A stretch of 64,000 bases of DNA, from positions 1,792,001-1,856,000 of the forward strand of contig CBDCXV010000011.1 of assembly GCA_965223905.1 (NCBI GenBank), written 5' to 3'. Positions within the stretch are counted from its first letter, which is position 1; each line of letters starts with the position of its first letter. This stretch comes from Candidatus Latescibacterota bacterium (GTDB taxonomy: Bacteria; Latescibacterota; UBA2968; UBA8231). Shown here one piece after another: positions 26,779-36,370 of this stretch. Below the pieces are notes generated by a model, which searched no databases, was not told the DNA's origin, and saw only the letters and a program-made list of their open reading frames with translations. The position numbers were made by a program, and so were the translations under genes.

Positions 26779-27546
26779 GTGAACAGGGAAAAGAAAGAGA
26801 TCAATCCGATCGACTCCACTCTCGGAACGGAGAGCCATTCCTCCGGCAGGCTGCACGCTCTGCGCACCACGCTGATGGCCGGGGTCACGGTGATCGCCCC
26901 GTTGTGGATCACCGGCGCCGTGCTGCTGTGGCTGTTCAATGCCGCCGACCGCTTCTCGCGTCCGCTGGTCCGGCCGGTGGCGGCCCTGTTCGGAGACGCC
27001 GACTGGTATCACCGCGGCGTCGGCTTCGTCCTCACCTTCGCCATCGTCTGGGTCGTCGGTCTGATAGCCCGCAACGTGCTGGGACGCCGGCTGGTGCAGG
27101 ACGCGCGCGAAGCCCTCGAGCGCCTTCCGGTGGTGCGCACCATCTACTCGCCGGTGCAGAAGCTGATGGAGACGATGACCTCTCCCGACAGGGGCGGTTT
27201 CAAGCAGGTCATCCTGTTCGAGTATCCCCGCAGGGGGTTGTGGACCCTCGGGTTCGTCGCCGGGGACGTCCCCGGAGAGGGAGGCCTGCAGGCGGCGCAC
27301 AGCGTGTTCATTCCCACGGCCCCCAACCCCACCACCGGTTTCATGCTGATCATCCCCCTCCGCGAGCTGCGGCTCACCAACCTCACCATCGAAGAGGCCT
27401 TCCAGATGATCGTCTCCGCGGGTGCCGCGGTGCCGCTCAAGCTCAGTCTGCCCGCCGACATCGTGTCGCCCGGCGCACCTGCGGTGGAGGCGGATGTCGT
27501 TCGCGACGCCGCGGCCGCAGAGCTGAAACCGGACCCCTCCCCGTAG
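26779..27546 (+). CDS. DUF502 domain membrane protein
   Basis: RLPVVRTIYS, VILFEYPRRGLW.LGFV, VFIPTAPNPTTGF, EEAFQMIVSAG. Confidence 0.9.
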   Translation: MNREKKEINPIDSTLGTESHSSGRLHALRTTLMAGVTVIAPLWITGAVLLWLFNAADRFSRPLVRPVAALFGDADWYHRGVGFVLTFAIVWVVGLIARNVLGRRLVQDAREALERLPVVRTIYSPVQKLMETMTSPDRGGFKQVILFEYPRRGLWTLGFVAGDVPGEGGLQAAHSVFIPTAPNPTTGFMLIIPLRELRLTNLTIEEAFQMIVSAGAAVPLKLSLPADIVSPGAPAVEADVVRDAAAAELKPDPSP

Positions 27547-27700
27547 GAGACTCCTCTCGGCCAATCGTCACGGAGGCTCGCCGGCACGGAGCCCGTCGCT
27601 GGCTCAGGTCTTCCTGTCGCGAATCGCCCGGAGTCGTTCCCTGGCCGGCTGATCCAGCTGAAAACCGAAATCTGAACCTGTGGAGTGCTGCGGGCCGGCG

Positions 27701-29272
27701 CTACGCAGGCTGGGGAGCGACTTTGCGCAACTCGGGAGCCAGTGCCCCGTACTCGGCGAAGTGTTCCCCGAAGCGGCCGGCGAGCTCGCGCGCCTTGTCG
27801 TCGTATGCGTTGGGGTTGCGCCACGTCGACCTGGGGTCCAGCACCCCGCCCGGCACGTTCGGGCACTCTTTCGGCACCTGCAGCCCGAAGACCGGATCGA
27901 CCCGGCGTGGAACCGCTTCCAGGCGGCCGTCGAGGATCGCCGAGACGATGGCGCGCGTATAGGCGATGCTGATGCGCTCTCCCTCTCCGTAGGTCCCCCC
28001 GCTCCAGCCGGTGTTGACGAGCCAGCAGCTCGACCCGTGCCGGCTGAGGCGCTCGCCGAGCTGGCGCGCGTACCAGGTCGGGTGGAGCACCAGGAAGGGC
28101 CCTCCGAAACAGGGGGAGAAGGTCGCCGACGGCTCGCTGACGCCGCGCTCGGTCCCGGCCACCTTGGCGGTGTACCCCGAGAGGAAGTGATACATCGCCT
28201 GCTCGCCGTTCAGTTTCGACACCGGGGGCAGCACCCCGAAGGCATCGCAGGTGAGCATGACGACGTTGCTCGGATGGCCCCCGGTTCCGTCGAGGCTCGC
28301 GTTGGGAATGAAGTCGAGGGGGTAGCAGGAGCGGGTGTTCTCGGTCTTCGAGTCGTCGTCGAGGTCGACCCGGTGCGACTCCGGGTCGAGGACGACGTTC
28401 TCCAGCACCGCGCCGAAGCGATGCGACGCGGCGAAGATCTCCGGCTCCTGGTCCATTCGCAGGCGGATCGCCTTTGCGTAGCAACCCCCTTCGAAATTGA
28501 ACACTCCCCGGTCACTCCAGCCGTGCTCGTCGTCCCCGATGAGCTCGTACCGGGAGTCCGCCGACAGGGTGGTCTTGCCGGTGCCCGAAAGGCCGAAGAA
28601 GAGGGTCGAGTCCCCCTGCGGATTCTTGTTGGCGGAGCAGTGCATGCTCAGGACGCCCCGCTTCGGGAGGATGTAGTTCAACAGGGTGAACACCGATTTC
28701 TTGAGCTCGCCGGCGTAGTGTGTGCCGCCGATCAGGATGGTGCGGGCGGCGAAGTTGAGGACGACGAAGACCTCCGAACGCGTCTTGTCCCGCTCCGGCT
28801 CGGCGCGAAGGCCGGGGGCGTAGATCAGGTGCCAGTCCGGCTGAAAGGACGGAAGCTGTTGGCGAGGAGGCCGGATGAACATGTTGCGGGCGAACAGGCT
28901 GTGCCACGCCAGCTCGGTGACGACGCGCACCGACAGCCTGTAGACGGGGTCGGCGCCCGCGTACAGGTCCTGCACGAAGACATCCCGGCCCTCGAGATGG
29001 CCGGCGATCTTGCCGAGCAGCGAATCGAAGTCCCCGGCGAACTCGCGGTTGACGTCCCCCCACCAGATGTCCGCTTCCGAACCGGGGTCGCGGACGATGA
29101 ACTTGTCCTTGGGCGAGCGCCCGGTGTAGGCGCCGGTCTCGGCGACGATTGCCCCGTCGCGGGAGACCACGGCCTCCCCCCGCTGGAGGATTTCCTGGTA
29201 GAGGCGCGGTGGGCTCAGGTTGCGATGAACCTCACCCAGATTCCCCAAACCTGAATTTGCGAGCTCCGCCAT
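27701..29272 (-). CDS. pckA: Phosphoenolpyruvate carboxykinase (ATP)
   Basis: TGRSPKDK, YAGELKK, MHCSAN, FFGLSGTGKTTLS, LIGDDEHGW, NFEGGCYAK, TENTR. Confidence 0.97.
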   Translation of the reverse strand: MAELANSGLGNLGEVHRNLSPPRLYQEILQRGEAVVSRDGAIVAETGAYTGRSPKDKFIVRDPGSEADIWWGDVNREFAGDFDSLLGKIAGHLEGRDVFVQDLYAGADPVYRLSVRVVTELAWHSLFARNMFIRPPRQQLPSFQPDWHLIYAPGLRAEPERDKTRSEVFVVLNFAARTILIGGTHYAGELKKSVFTLLNYILPKRGVLSMHCSANKNPQGDSTLFFGLSGTGKTTLSADSRYELIGDDEHGWSDRGVFNFEGGCYAKAIRLRMDQEPEIFAASHRFGAVLENVVLDPESHRVDLDDDSKTENTRSCYPLDFIPNASLDGTGGHPSNVVMLTCDAFGVLPPVSKLNGEQAMYHFLSGYTAKVAGTERGVSEPSATFSPCFGGPFLVLHPTWYARQLGERLSRHGSSCWLVNTGWSGGTYGEGERISIAYTRAIVSAILDGRLEAVPRRVDPVFGLQVPKECPNVPGGVLDPRSTWRNPNAYDDKARELAGRFGEHFAEYGALAPELRKVAPQPA

Positions 29273-29379
29273 TGGTCCGACCGTTAATAACCATATGTAT
29301 TTTAAGCAGTTGGCCCACGTCGAGAATACGTAATTGCGGTTGTTGTGTCAAACCGTGGTGCCGAAAAAATCACACTATG

Positions 29380-29438
29380 TGCCAGATTGACAGGGGAGTC
29401 CATCGACAATACTGCCAGATCTATGCCATTCTGGCATA
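29380..29438. promoter_or_regulatory. Two palindromic TGYCA-N3-TGRCA sites (candidate activator UAS)
   Basis: TGCCAgatTGACA at 29380-29392 and TATGCCAttcTGGCATA at 29422-29438, with centres 44 bp apart, upstream of a sigma54 promoter. Confidence 0.55.
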
Positions 29439-29522
29439 TCCACAAGGATTGACTTGCGACAATCATTCTCTGCAACCAGCAAGCGCAATGAAAACAAGGG
29501 GATACGGTGCCTATCCCGGCTC

Positions 29523-29538
29523 TGGCACGGCGATTGCA
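29523..29538 (+). promoter_or_regulatory. Sigma54 (-24/-12) promoter of hsp20
   Basis: TGGCACGGCGATTGCA matches the consensus TGGCACG-N4-TTGCW, 60 bp before the hsp20 ATG. Confidence 0.8.
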
Positions 29539-29597
29539 GAACCTTGGTCGCGCAACAACGGCTGCAGAAGCCGAACTCAAACCAAAGGAGGTTCATC

Positions 29598-30050
29598 ATG
29601 TTGCCGACCATCTTTCGCCACTCCGTCCCCGGCCAAGCCGGCTTGCGGAGCCCGTTCCCCGGGCTCGCATCGCTCCACGATGAGTTCGACCGCCTCTTCC
29701 ATGGCGGCGGTTCGGACTTCGCCCATCTCCCGGCAGTCGACATCAGCTCGAACGAAGAGGGCGCCACCGTAAAGGCGGAGCTTCCGGGTTTCAAGCCCGA
29801 AGAGATCGACGTCGCTGTCGATGACGGGGTTCTGACTCTGACCGCCTCGCGCGGGGACGAGGATGAGAAGGAAGGGGAAACCTGGTACCGTCGCGAACGC
29901 CGCAACGGCAGGTTCGTCCGCCGCATCAGGCTTCCGTTCGGGGTCGAGGCGGACAAGGTCGAGGCCGGGTACCGGGACGGTCTGCTCACCGTCAACCTGC
30001 CGCGCGCCGTTGAGGAGCGGGGCCGGAAGATCGAGGTGAAGGCGGCCTGA
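29598..30050 (+). CDS. Hsp20/alpha-crystallin small heat shock protein
   Basis: RBS AAAGGAGG; PAVDI, AELPG, LTLTASR, RRER..GRF.R.I.LP, A.YRDGLLTV.LP. Confidence 0.95.
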   Translation: MLPTIFRHSVPGQAGLRSPFPGLASLHDEFDRLFHGGGSDFAHLPAVDISSNEEGATVKAELPGFKPEEIDVAVDDGVLTLTASRGDEDEKEGETWYRRERRNGRFVRRIRLPFGVEADKVEAGYRDGLLTVNLPRAVEERGRKIEVKAA

Positions 30051-30076
30051 CGGCGTCGCCGCGCCGCCCGTTTCAG

Positions 30077-30116
30077 CCGCGGGGAACCGCAACAGGTTCC
30101 CCGCGGTTCCTGTTTG
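30077..30116 (+). terminator. Stem-loop after hsp20
   Basis: CCGCGGGGAACC-gcaaca-GGTTCCCCGCGG followed by TTCCTGTTT. Confidence 0.6.
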
Positions 30117-30179
30117 ATGGAGTCCTGTCTTTGGTCCACATTTTAACGACGGAACCGCTTTACGGAGGAGGTCGTTCGC

Positions 30180-30872
30180 ATGCCATTTTTCTTTTTCGAC
30201 TCCACCATGGTGCTGCTCATTCCCTGCATCCTGCTGGCTCTGTACGCTCAGTGGAAGGTCAGGCGTACGTACGGCGAGTTCAGCCAGGTCGCCTCCGCGG
30301 CCGGGATCTCGGGCGCGGAGACAGCGCGCCGCCTGCTGCGTGAGAACGGCATCTACGACGTCGCCGTCGAGGAGGTCGACGGGGTGCTGAGCGACCACTA
30401 CGATCCGCGCGACAGGGTGGTGAGGCTGTCGACCGGCATCTTCCGGGGCCATCACCTCGCCGGACTCGCCGTTGCCGCCCACGAGGTGGGACACGCCATT
30501 CAGCACGCCGGAGGCTACCTGCCGCTCAATCTCCGGCACTCGTTCCTGCCGATTGCCAACATCGGATCGACCGCAGCCTTCCCCCTCTTCATGATCGGCT
30601 TCTTCTTCAACCAGAGCGTCCCCTTTCTGATGGACGTGGGCATCGCCCTGTTCGCCGCGGTCCTCGCCTTTCAGGTGATCACCCTGCCGGTCGAATTCAA
30701 CGCCAGCTCGCGCGCCATGGCGCAGCTCGTCGATGGCCGCTACCTGGCGCCGCAGGAAGGGGTCCTCGCCAGGCGCGTCCTCAACGCCGCGGCCCTGACT
30801 TACGTCGCCGCCGCCGCCACCTCCCTGATGCACCTCGTGCGACTGCTGATACTGCGCGGCGACCGCGATTGA
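30180..30872 (+). CDS. Neutral zinc metallopeptidase (YugP/Zn_peptidase_2 family)
   Basis: LSDHYDPR, AVAAHEVGHAIQH, TLPVEFNASSRA, VLNAAALTYVA. Confidence 0.92.
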   Translation: MPFFFFDSTMVLLIPCILLALYAQWKVRRTYGEFSQVASAAGISGAETARRLLRENGIYDVAVEEVDGVLSDHYDPRDRVVRLSTGIFRGHHLAGLAVAAHEVGHAIQHAGGYLPLNLRHSFLPIANIGSTAAFPLFMIGFFFNQSVPFLMDVGIALFAAVLAFQVITLPVEFNASSRAMAQLVDGRYLAPQEGVLARRVLNAAALTYVAAAATSLMHLVRLLILRGDRD

Positions 30873-31058
30873 CCGACAGGCAACCGACCTGAACCCGAAA
30901 ACCCGCGTACGACCGGTGCTGCCCAACGCCCGGAAGCCCATCGACGAGCCGCCTGAAGCTCCCGCTCCCGGGCGGAAAAGCCGGTTTCTCCCCGGCTGCT
31001 TCCCCCATCCCCGGATGCTTTTCGCTGCAACCGGATCTTTCGCGCAGGAGGGCACTGT

Positions 31059-31919
31059 ATGAAACCGGTGTGGATCGTTTTTGCCGCGGTCGGCTGGGCC
31101 GCCCTGGCCGCTGCCGACGTCTCCTACGTCGAGGAGATCGTCAACAAGGGTGTCGGCCCGAAGAAGACGGGGGCCCGCAAGACGACCAACCACGTGTACA
31201 TCCAGGGAGAGCGGCAGCGGGTGCACTCGCTGATCGAGACCTCGAAAAGCGGAGCGGAAGCGCTGCGCCGGCAGGGCGGGACCACCGACGGCAGCACCAT
31301 CCTTCAGCTCGACCGGGCAAACCTGTTGCAGATCGACCACACCCGGGCAACCTACTCCCGGGAATCGCTTCCCCCGGCCGGCACTTCCGGTGAAGCCGGG
31401 CCGGGCACCCCTCCGGCAGCCAAGGCGGCTGCTGGCGACCCCGACCGCGAAGTGGAATTCCGCACCCGCACCCTCGACGATACGAAACGCGTCGCCGGCA
31501 TCCTTTGCCGCCGGGTCGCCGCGGAGATGAAGGTCCAGCACTTCGATCCGGGAACCAGGAAAGTGCGGCGCCAAAATCGCTACCTGTACCAGGCCTGGGT
31601 GGCCGACGATTTCCCCGGATACCGGGATCTCCAGCGGTTTCAGGAGTTGCAGGCTCGCAAGACCTCTTATCCATCCCTGATTCGCTCCGGCATCGGGGGA
31701 GCCCCGGAAGCGATCACCGACTCCCAAAGCCTGCAGGAGGAACTCGACGCCCTCGAGGGCTTCCATATGCAGTCGGTCCTCAAAGTCTTCACCAGGCAGG
31801 GCGCGAAGAAGGAGAACCAGGTGTTCGAGCTCTTGCGAACGGTGAAGTCCCTTTCCAGCTCGGCCCTTCCCGATTCGCTGTTCGACGTCTCCGGCGGACT
31901 GACCCGCACGACCCGGTGA
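31059..31919 (+). CDS. Secreted hypothetical protein (DUF4412-like)
   Basis: Signal peptide; TILQLDR, TKRVAGILCRR, and terminal LPDSLFDVSGG typical of DUF4412-like beta-sheet proteins. Confidence 0.55.
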   Translation: MKPVWIVFAAVGWAALAAADVSYVEEIVNKGVGPKKTGARKTTNHVYIQGERQRVHSLIETSKSGAEALRRQGGTTDGSTILQLDRANLLQIDHTRATYSRESLPPAGTSGEAGPGTPPAAKAAAGDPDREVEFRTRTLDDTKRVAGILCRRVAAEMKVQHFDPGTRKVRRQNRYLYQAWVADDFPGYRDLQRFQELQARKTSYPSLIRSGIGGAPEAITDSQSLQEELDALEGFHMQSVLKVFTRQGAKKENQVFELLRTVKSLSSSALPDSLFDVSGGLTRTTR

Positions 31920-31984
31920 TGGCCTCCGGGGGAGCGTTTTCCGGAAGCAGGCGGCGAGTCCGCTGGCCCCGGGGCGCCTGATCG

Positions 31985-34900
31985 ATGCGGCGTACAGCCA
32001 TCTACGCAGGGGCGGGGGCGCTGGCCGCCCTCCTCCTCTTCCTACTGACTCCTGCCGGGGTCTACCTCCTGGCCCGGGTCGTCGAGCAGGCGGCCCCAAA
32101 GCATGGATGGACGGTAGAGATCGGTTCCACCGGAGGCTCGCTGCTCGGGAAGCCCCGCTTTGAAGAGGTTCACGCTGCCGAGCGGTCCGGATCGCCGTCG
32201 ATTTCGGCCCGGTCGCTGGCCGGCTCGGTCTGGGATCGGGAAGTCGTCGTCGATTCGCCGCGAATCGAGATCGACCTGTCGCAGCCGGACTCCGTTTCGA
32301 CTTCGGAACCGGACCCGGCCCCGCCTCCCGTCGTGGCGCCGGAACCCCCGAAGTACACGCTGCCGCTCGACGACATCCCTTCCGTAACGGTTTCCGGCGC
32401 CGAGCTGGTGCTCCACGACGACAGTCTGCGGGTACTGGCGAAAGGGATCGATCTCCGCTTCGGAACGACTGCCGACTCCCCGCAACCCCCCGCCTCCGGC
32501 AGGCGGCTGCGGCTCACGGCCCCGGATATCCAGCTGACACAAGGGGAGACGAACGTATCCGGGGCGCTCGCGGCCCTGCTCACCGTCGAGTCGGACCGCC
32601 TGGTAGCGGACAGCCTGTCGGCGCGCGCAACCGCGGGGGACGCCGGGCTCACCGCGGCCGGAACCGGGACTCTCGGACTGACCGAGTCCCTTCCCCTCCG
32701 TCTGGAAACCGGCTTCGAGGCGCACTCTCCCGCCCGCCGCGGCAAGGGACAGATCACCCTGTCCGGAGCCCTGGCAGCGCTCGATCTCGAGGTTACGGCT
32801 GCCGCGGCGTTGAGTGATTCCGTCTTCGGCAGCTACACCGCGACCGCCGCGGTGCTCGTGACCGCGGAAAGGGTCATCGTCGACTCACTGCTCGTCGAGG
32901 CAGCCGGCGGCGGGGGCCGGGTGCACCTGGGCGGGGAGTACGCCCACGCCACCGGCGACAGTCTGCAGGCCAGCCTGGAGGTTACCGATCTCGCCATCGC
33001 CCCGCTGACCGGGGAAACGGCCGGCGGCCTGCTTACCGCCACCCTGGAGGCCGGCGGGCGCCCCGCGTGGGGAGAGCTGGACGCCCGCCTCGACGCCCGG
33101 CTCTCCGGGTTGCGGCTGGCGGCAACACACCTCGATTTCACCCTCGAGGCGAACCTCGACGGCCCCGGACTCACCGCGGCGCTCCGATCGACGCTCGGCT
33201 CCCTCGCTGCGGAAGGAACGGTCGCCGCCGCGGACCGGTACGACATCGATCTGCTGGGAAGGCTCGACCCCGGCCCCCTGATAGGCGCCCCTGTGCCGGC
33301 CTCGGTCACCGGGCATCTTTCCCCCGGTGAGTTCGCCGCCGACCTGACGGTAGAGGAGCTGCCCGGACTCGGCCCGGACTTCGGCCCGCTGTCCCTGAGC
33401 GCCTCGATTGCGGACTGGCGGCATACTGAGCTGACCCTCTCTCTCGACGGAGGCGGCATGCGCGCCGGTGTCGAAACCGACCTGCAGAGCGGTTCCGTCG
33501 ACACCCTGCACGCGGCCATCCAGCCAACTCAGCTCAACCGGCTGCTTCCGGACCTGTCCGGCTCGGTCACCGCCGAGCTGGAGGCGGGGTCGTTCGCCTG
33601 GGACGCGGCACACCTGATCGCGACCATCGCCCTGCGGGACGTCGGATACGGCGGCTGGAGCGCCGGGGATATCGACGCCAGCCTGTCCCTCGACGACGGG
33701 ACCACCCGCGTGCTGTTGCGCGGCCAGGGCCTGGACGCCGAAGCCCGCCTTGAGGGGACCGGCCGTTTTTCCGCAACCGCCTTGCTCGACAGCGCCGCGG
33801 CGAGCCGCCGCGACCTCACCTCGGACCGGGTGGATTACCTCCTGCTTTCCGGGGACCTGTCCGCCAGCGGCGAGAGAGGGCGGCCGGAGCTGCTCTCCGC
33901 GGAGCTGCAGCTCGAGCAGGTCGAGCTGTCGCTCCACGACCAGCTTTTTCAGGCCCGGGAGCCGGTTCGCGCCACCCACCGCAGCGGAGTTACCGAGCTC
34001 GCCCCTGTTTCTCTGGCTACGCCTGCCGGCACCCTGACCGGCTCCGCCCGCATCGCCGACTCGCTGTCGGCCCGGGCCTCGATCGATTCCGTCCTCCTCA
34101 CCCTCGCCGACGGCGCCATGACCGCCCGAGGCGCCCTCGGGCTGCAGCTGCGGGGTACCGGGGCGAACCCTGAACTGGACGGCAAACTGGAGCTGTCCGA
34201 TGTCCGCTTGCAAAAGCGCCCGCTCGGCAGGCTGCGGGCCGTGGTATCGCACCGCGACAGCTCCGTCGCCACTGTCGAGCTGACGCAGCCAGCAGTCAGC
34301 GGGCAAACGAAGGCCGGCAGCCTCGCCGTCCGCCTGGCCATGCCGGCAGCGGTCTTGTTGGGGGAGGCTGACGCAGACCCCGGGCGCGCTCATCTCGGAG
34401 TCCGGGCCGGCGGTCTCGACCTGGGTCCCTTTCTCAGCTACGCCCTCGACGACAGCGTCGGCGGCTCGCTGGGGCTGAGCGGCGCCCTCTCCTTTCCGGC
34501 GGACGGTCTGACTTCCGGAATACCCTGGGCCAGCCTGTCGGGAAGCGCCCGCCTGAGCCACTTGGAAATCGAACGGGGTACGCTGCACCTGCAGGCACCA
34601 GACGAAGAAGTGGAGCTCCTGTTCGGCGGCGAGGAGCTTCAGAGAATGACCCTGGCGCTTGCCCGCCTCGACGAGGAGACCGGCCGCTACGACCATCCCG
34701 CGGGGGCGGTTTCGGCAGGGCTGCAGTCGGGGAGCGGAAGGCACCGGATCACCCTCGAGCTTGCCGGAGTAGACCTGAGGAGCGCAACTGCCTTCGGTGT
34801 CGGAGAGTCCGCCCTGCCCGCAGGCACGGTCGATGCTACCGCGGTGCTGACCGATTCCGCGGGCGAACGCTCGCTCTCCTGCACCGCCGAGGCCGCGACC

Positions 34901-36370
34901 GAGGAGTTCGGCGACCTGACCGCGGATATCGAGGTTGTCGGCGGCGGCGCCACCGTGCAGGCGCTCTGGTCGACGCCGCTGGCAGACGAGGTGGCCGTAG
35001 CCGGGAGCGTACCGCTGCACCCGCGTACCTGGGAGGCCGCTTGGGAAAAGGCCGAGCTGTCGGCGCGGACCGAGGGCGTCAACCTGTTCATCTTCGTCGA
35101 CCAGGTGCCGGACCTCGAGTCCCTGGACGGGCTCGTCCGCTTCGACTTGGAGGCGACCCGCCTCGGCTCCGATCCGCAGGTGCACGGGGAGCTGGAGATC
35201 GAGGAAGTCGGCTTCCGGTTCATCGACGTCGACCCGGGCTACGCCTTTCCGCGGGGGCGGATCGAGTTCACCGGCGAGCGCGGCGTGCTCACCGGTTTCG
35301 CCGGCTACCCGTCCAGTGGCGAGGGAGAGGGGGAGCTGAGCGGCCACCTGGAGATTTCCGCGGCCGGGCTGGACTACGACCTCGTCCTGGTGCTCGACGG
35401 CGTGCCGTATGGGTACGACGACGTCTTCTCGGTGCCGGCAGCGAAAGGCCGGCTGCGGTTCCGCAGCCTGGAAAACGGATCGCTGTTCGAAGTAGAGCTG
35501 CGACTCGACCAGTGCATCGCCGAGCCACCCCTCGTCGACCTGACGGGGCCTCCCCTGCCGCCTCCGCCGTCCGCCCTGCAGGACCCCTTCCTCGAAACCA
35601 TCCACCTCGACCTGCAGGTGGACGTGCGGGAAATGGCGGTGCGCAACGAACTCATCGATCTCCTGCTCGAGGGATCGGGGCGCGTGTACGGAACCTTCTA
35701 CAAGCCCCGCATTCAGGGGGAAATGTTCGTGGAAAAAGAGGGGACGGTAATCGCCCTGAACAACGAGTTCGTCTTCGAGAAGAGGGGGCGCATCATCCTC
35801 GACCGCCTGGTGCCGACCTACTCCATTCTCGACCTCGCCTACGACCCGCTTCTTCTCGACCCGGAGCTCGACCTCGAGGCGGTTGCCGAGGTCCGCGACA
35901 TGGCCGAAAACGAGCTGCGCACGGTGACCATGTCCCTGCAGGGGTCGACCTTGCGCGCCATCCCCGTCTTCAGCTCGGGCGAGCTCGATTACCACCAGGT
36001 GATCTTCCTGCTCGCCTTCGGCACCTCGGAGACGGAAGGGATTGCCGAGCGCGACGTTTTCCGCGCCGCTGGAACCGCGGTCGGCCAGCTGCTGCTCGGG
36101 GGCCAGCGGCAGCGGATCGGCCTCGACGAGTTCCAGCTGCTCCCCTCCGGCACCACGCTGGAGACTTCCGGGCAGCAGGCCCTGCGCATCGGCAAGCACT
36201 TCAGGTGGCCGCTCCCCCTGTGGGTGCGCTACGAGGCGATCACGCAGGACCCCTCCAGAGGCGAGGCGCAGGTCGAGTACCAGCTGGGGCGATTCGTGAC
36301 CCTGCGGGCAAAGGCGCAATCCGAGTACGAGCGCTACGGGGTCGGTCTCGGGGTGAAGAAGCAGTTCTGA
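31985..36370 (+). CDS. Translocation and assembly module TamB-like protein
   Basis: 1461 aa, N-terminal TM anchor, long beta-taco-like sequence and DUF490-like C-terminus (PELDLEA...RIGK...VEYQL...GVKKQF); coupled to an Omp85 gene. Confidence 0.75.
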   Translation: MRRTAIYAGAGALAALLLFLLTPAGVYLLARVVEQAAPKHGWTVEIGSTGGSLLGKPRFEEVHAAERSGSPSISARSLAGSVWDREVVVDSPRIEIDLSQPDSVSTSEPDPAPPPVVAPEPPKYTLPLDDIPSVTVSGAELVLHDDSLRVLAKGIDLRFGTTADSPQPPASGRRLRLTAPDIQLTQGETNVSGALAALLTVESDRLVADSLSARATAGDAGLTAAGTGTLGLTESLPLRLETGFEAHSPARRGKGQITLSGALAALDLEVTAAAALSDSVFGSYTATAAVLVTAERVIVDSLLVEAAGGGGRVHLGGEYAHATGDSLQASLEVTDLAIAPLTGETAGGLLTATLEAGGRPAWGELDARLDARLSGLRLAATHLDFTLEANLDGPGLTAALRSTLGSLAAEGTVAAADRYDIDLLGRLDPGPLIGAPVPASVTGHLSPGEFAADLTVEELPGLGPDFGPLSLSASIADWRHTELTLSLDGGGMRAGVETDLQSGSVDTLHAAIQPTQLNRLLPDLSGSVTAELEAGSFAWDAAHLIATIALRDVGYGGWSAGDIDASLSLDDGTTRVLLRGQGLDAEARLEGTGRFSATALLDSAAASRRDLTSDRVDYLLLSGDLSASGERGRPELLSAELQLEQVELSLHDQLFQAREPVRATHRSGVTELAPVSLATPAGTLTGSARIADSLSARASIDSVLLTLADGAMTARGALGLQLRGTGANPELDGKLELSDVRLQKRPLGRLRAVVSHRDSSVATVELTQPAVSGQTKAGSLAVRLAMPAAVLLGEADADPGRAHLGVRAGGLDLGPFLSYALDDSVGGSLGLSGALSFPADGLTSGIPWASLSGSARLSHLEIERGTLHLQAPDEEVELLFGGEELQRMTLALARLDEETGRYDHPAGAVSAGLQSGSGRHRITLELAGVDLRSATAFGVGESALPAGTVDATAVLTDSAGERSLSCTAEAATEEFGDLTADIEVVGGGATVQALWSTPLADEVAVAGSVPLHPRTWEAAWEKAELSARTEGVNLFIFVDQVPDLESLDGLVRFDLEATRLGSDPQVHGELEIEEVGFRFIDVDPGYAFPRGRIEFTGERGVLTGFAGYPSSGEGEGELSGHLEISAAGLDYDLVLVLDGVPYGYDDVFSVPAAKGRLRFRSLENGSLFEVELRLDQCIAEPPLVDLTGPPLPPPPSALQDPFLETIHLDLQVDVREMAVRNELIDLLLEGSGRVYGTFYKPRIQGEMFVEKEGTVIALNNEFVFEKRGRIILDRLVPTYSILDLAYDPLLLDPELDLEAVAEVRDMAENELRTVTMSLQGSTLRAIPVFSSGELDYHQVIFLLAFGTSETEGIAERDVFRAAGTAVGQLLLGGQRQRIGLDEFQLLPSGTTLETSGQQALRIGKHFRWPLPLWVRYEAITQDPSRGEAQVEYQLGRFVTLRAKAQSEYERYGVGLGVKKQF

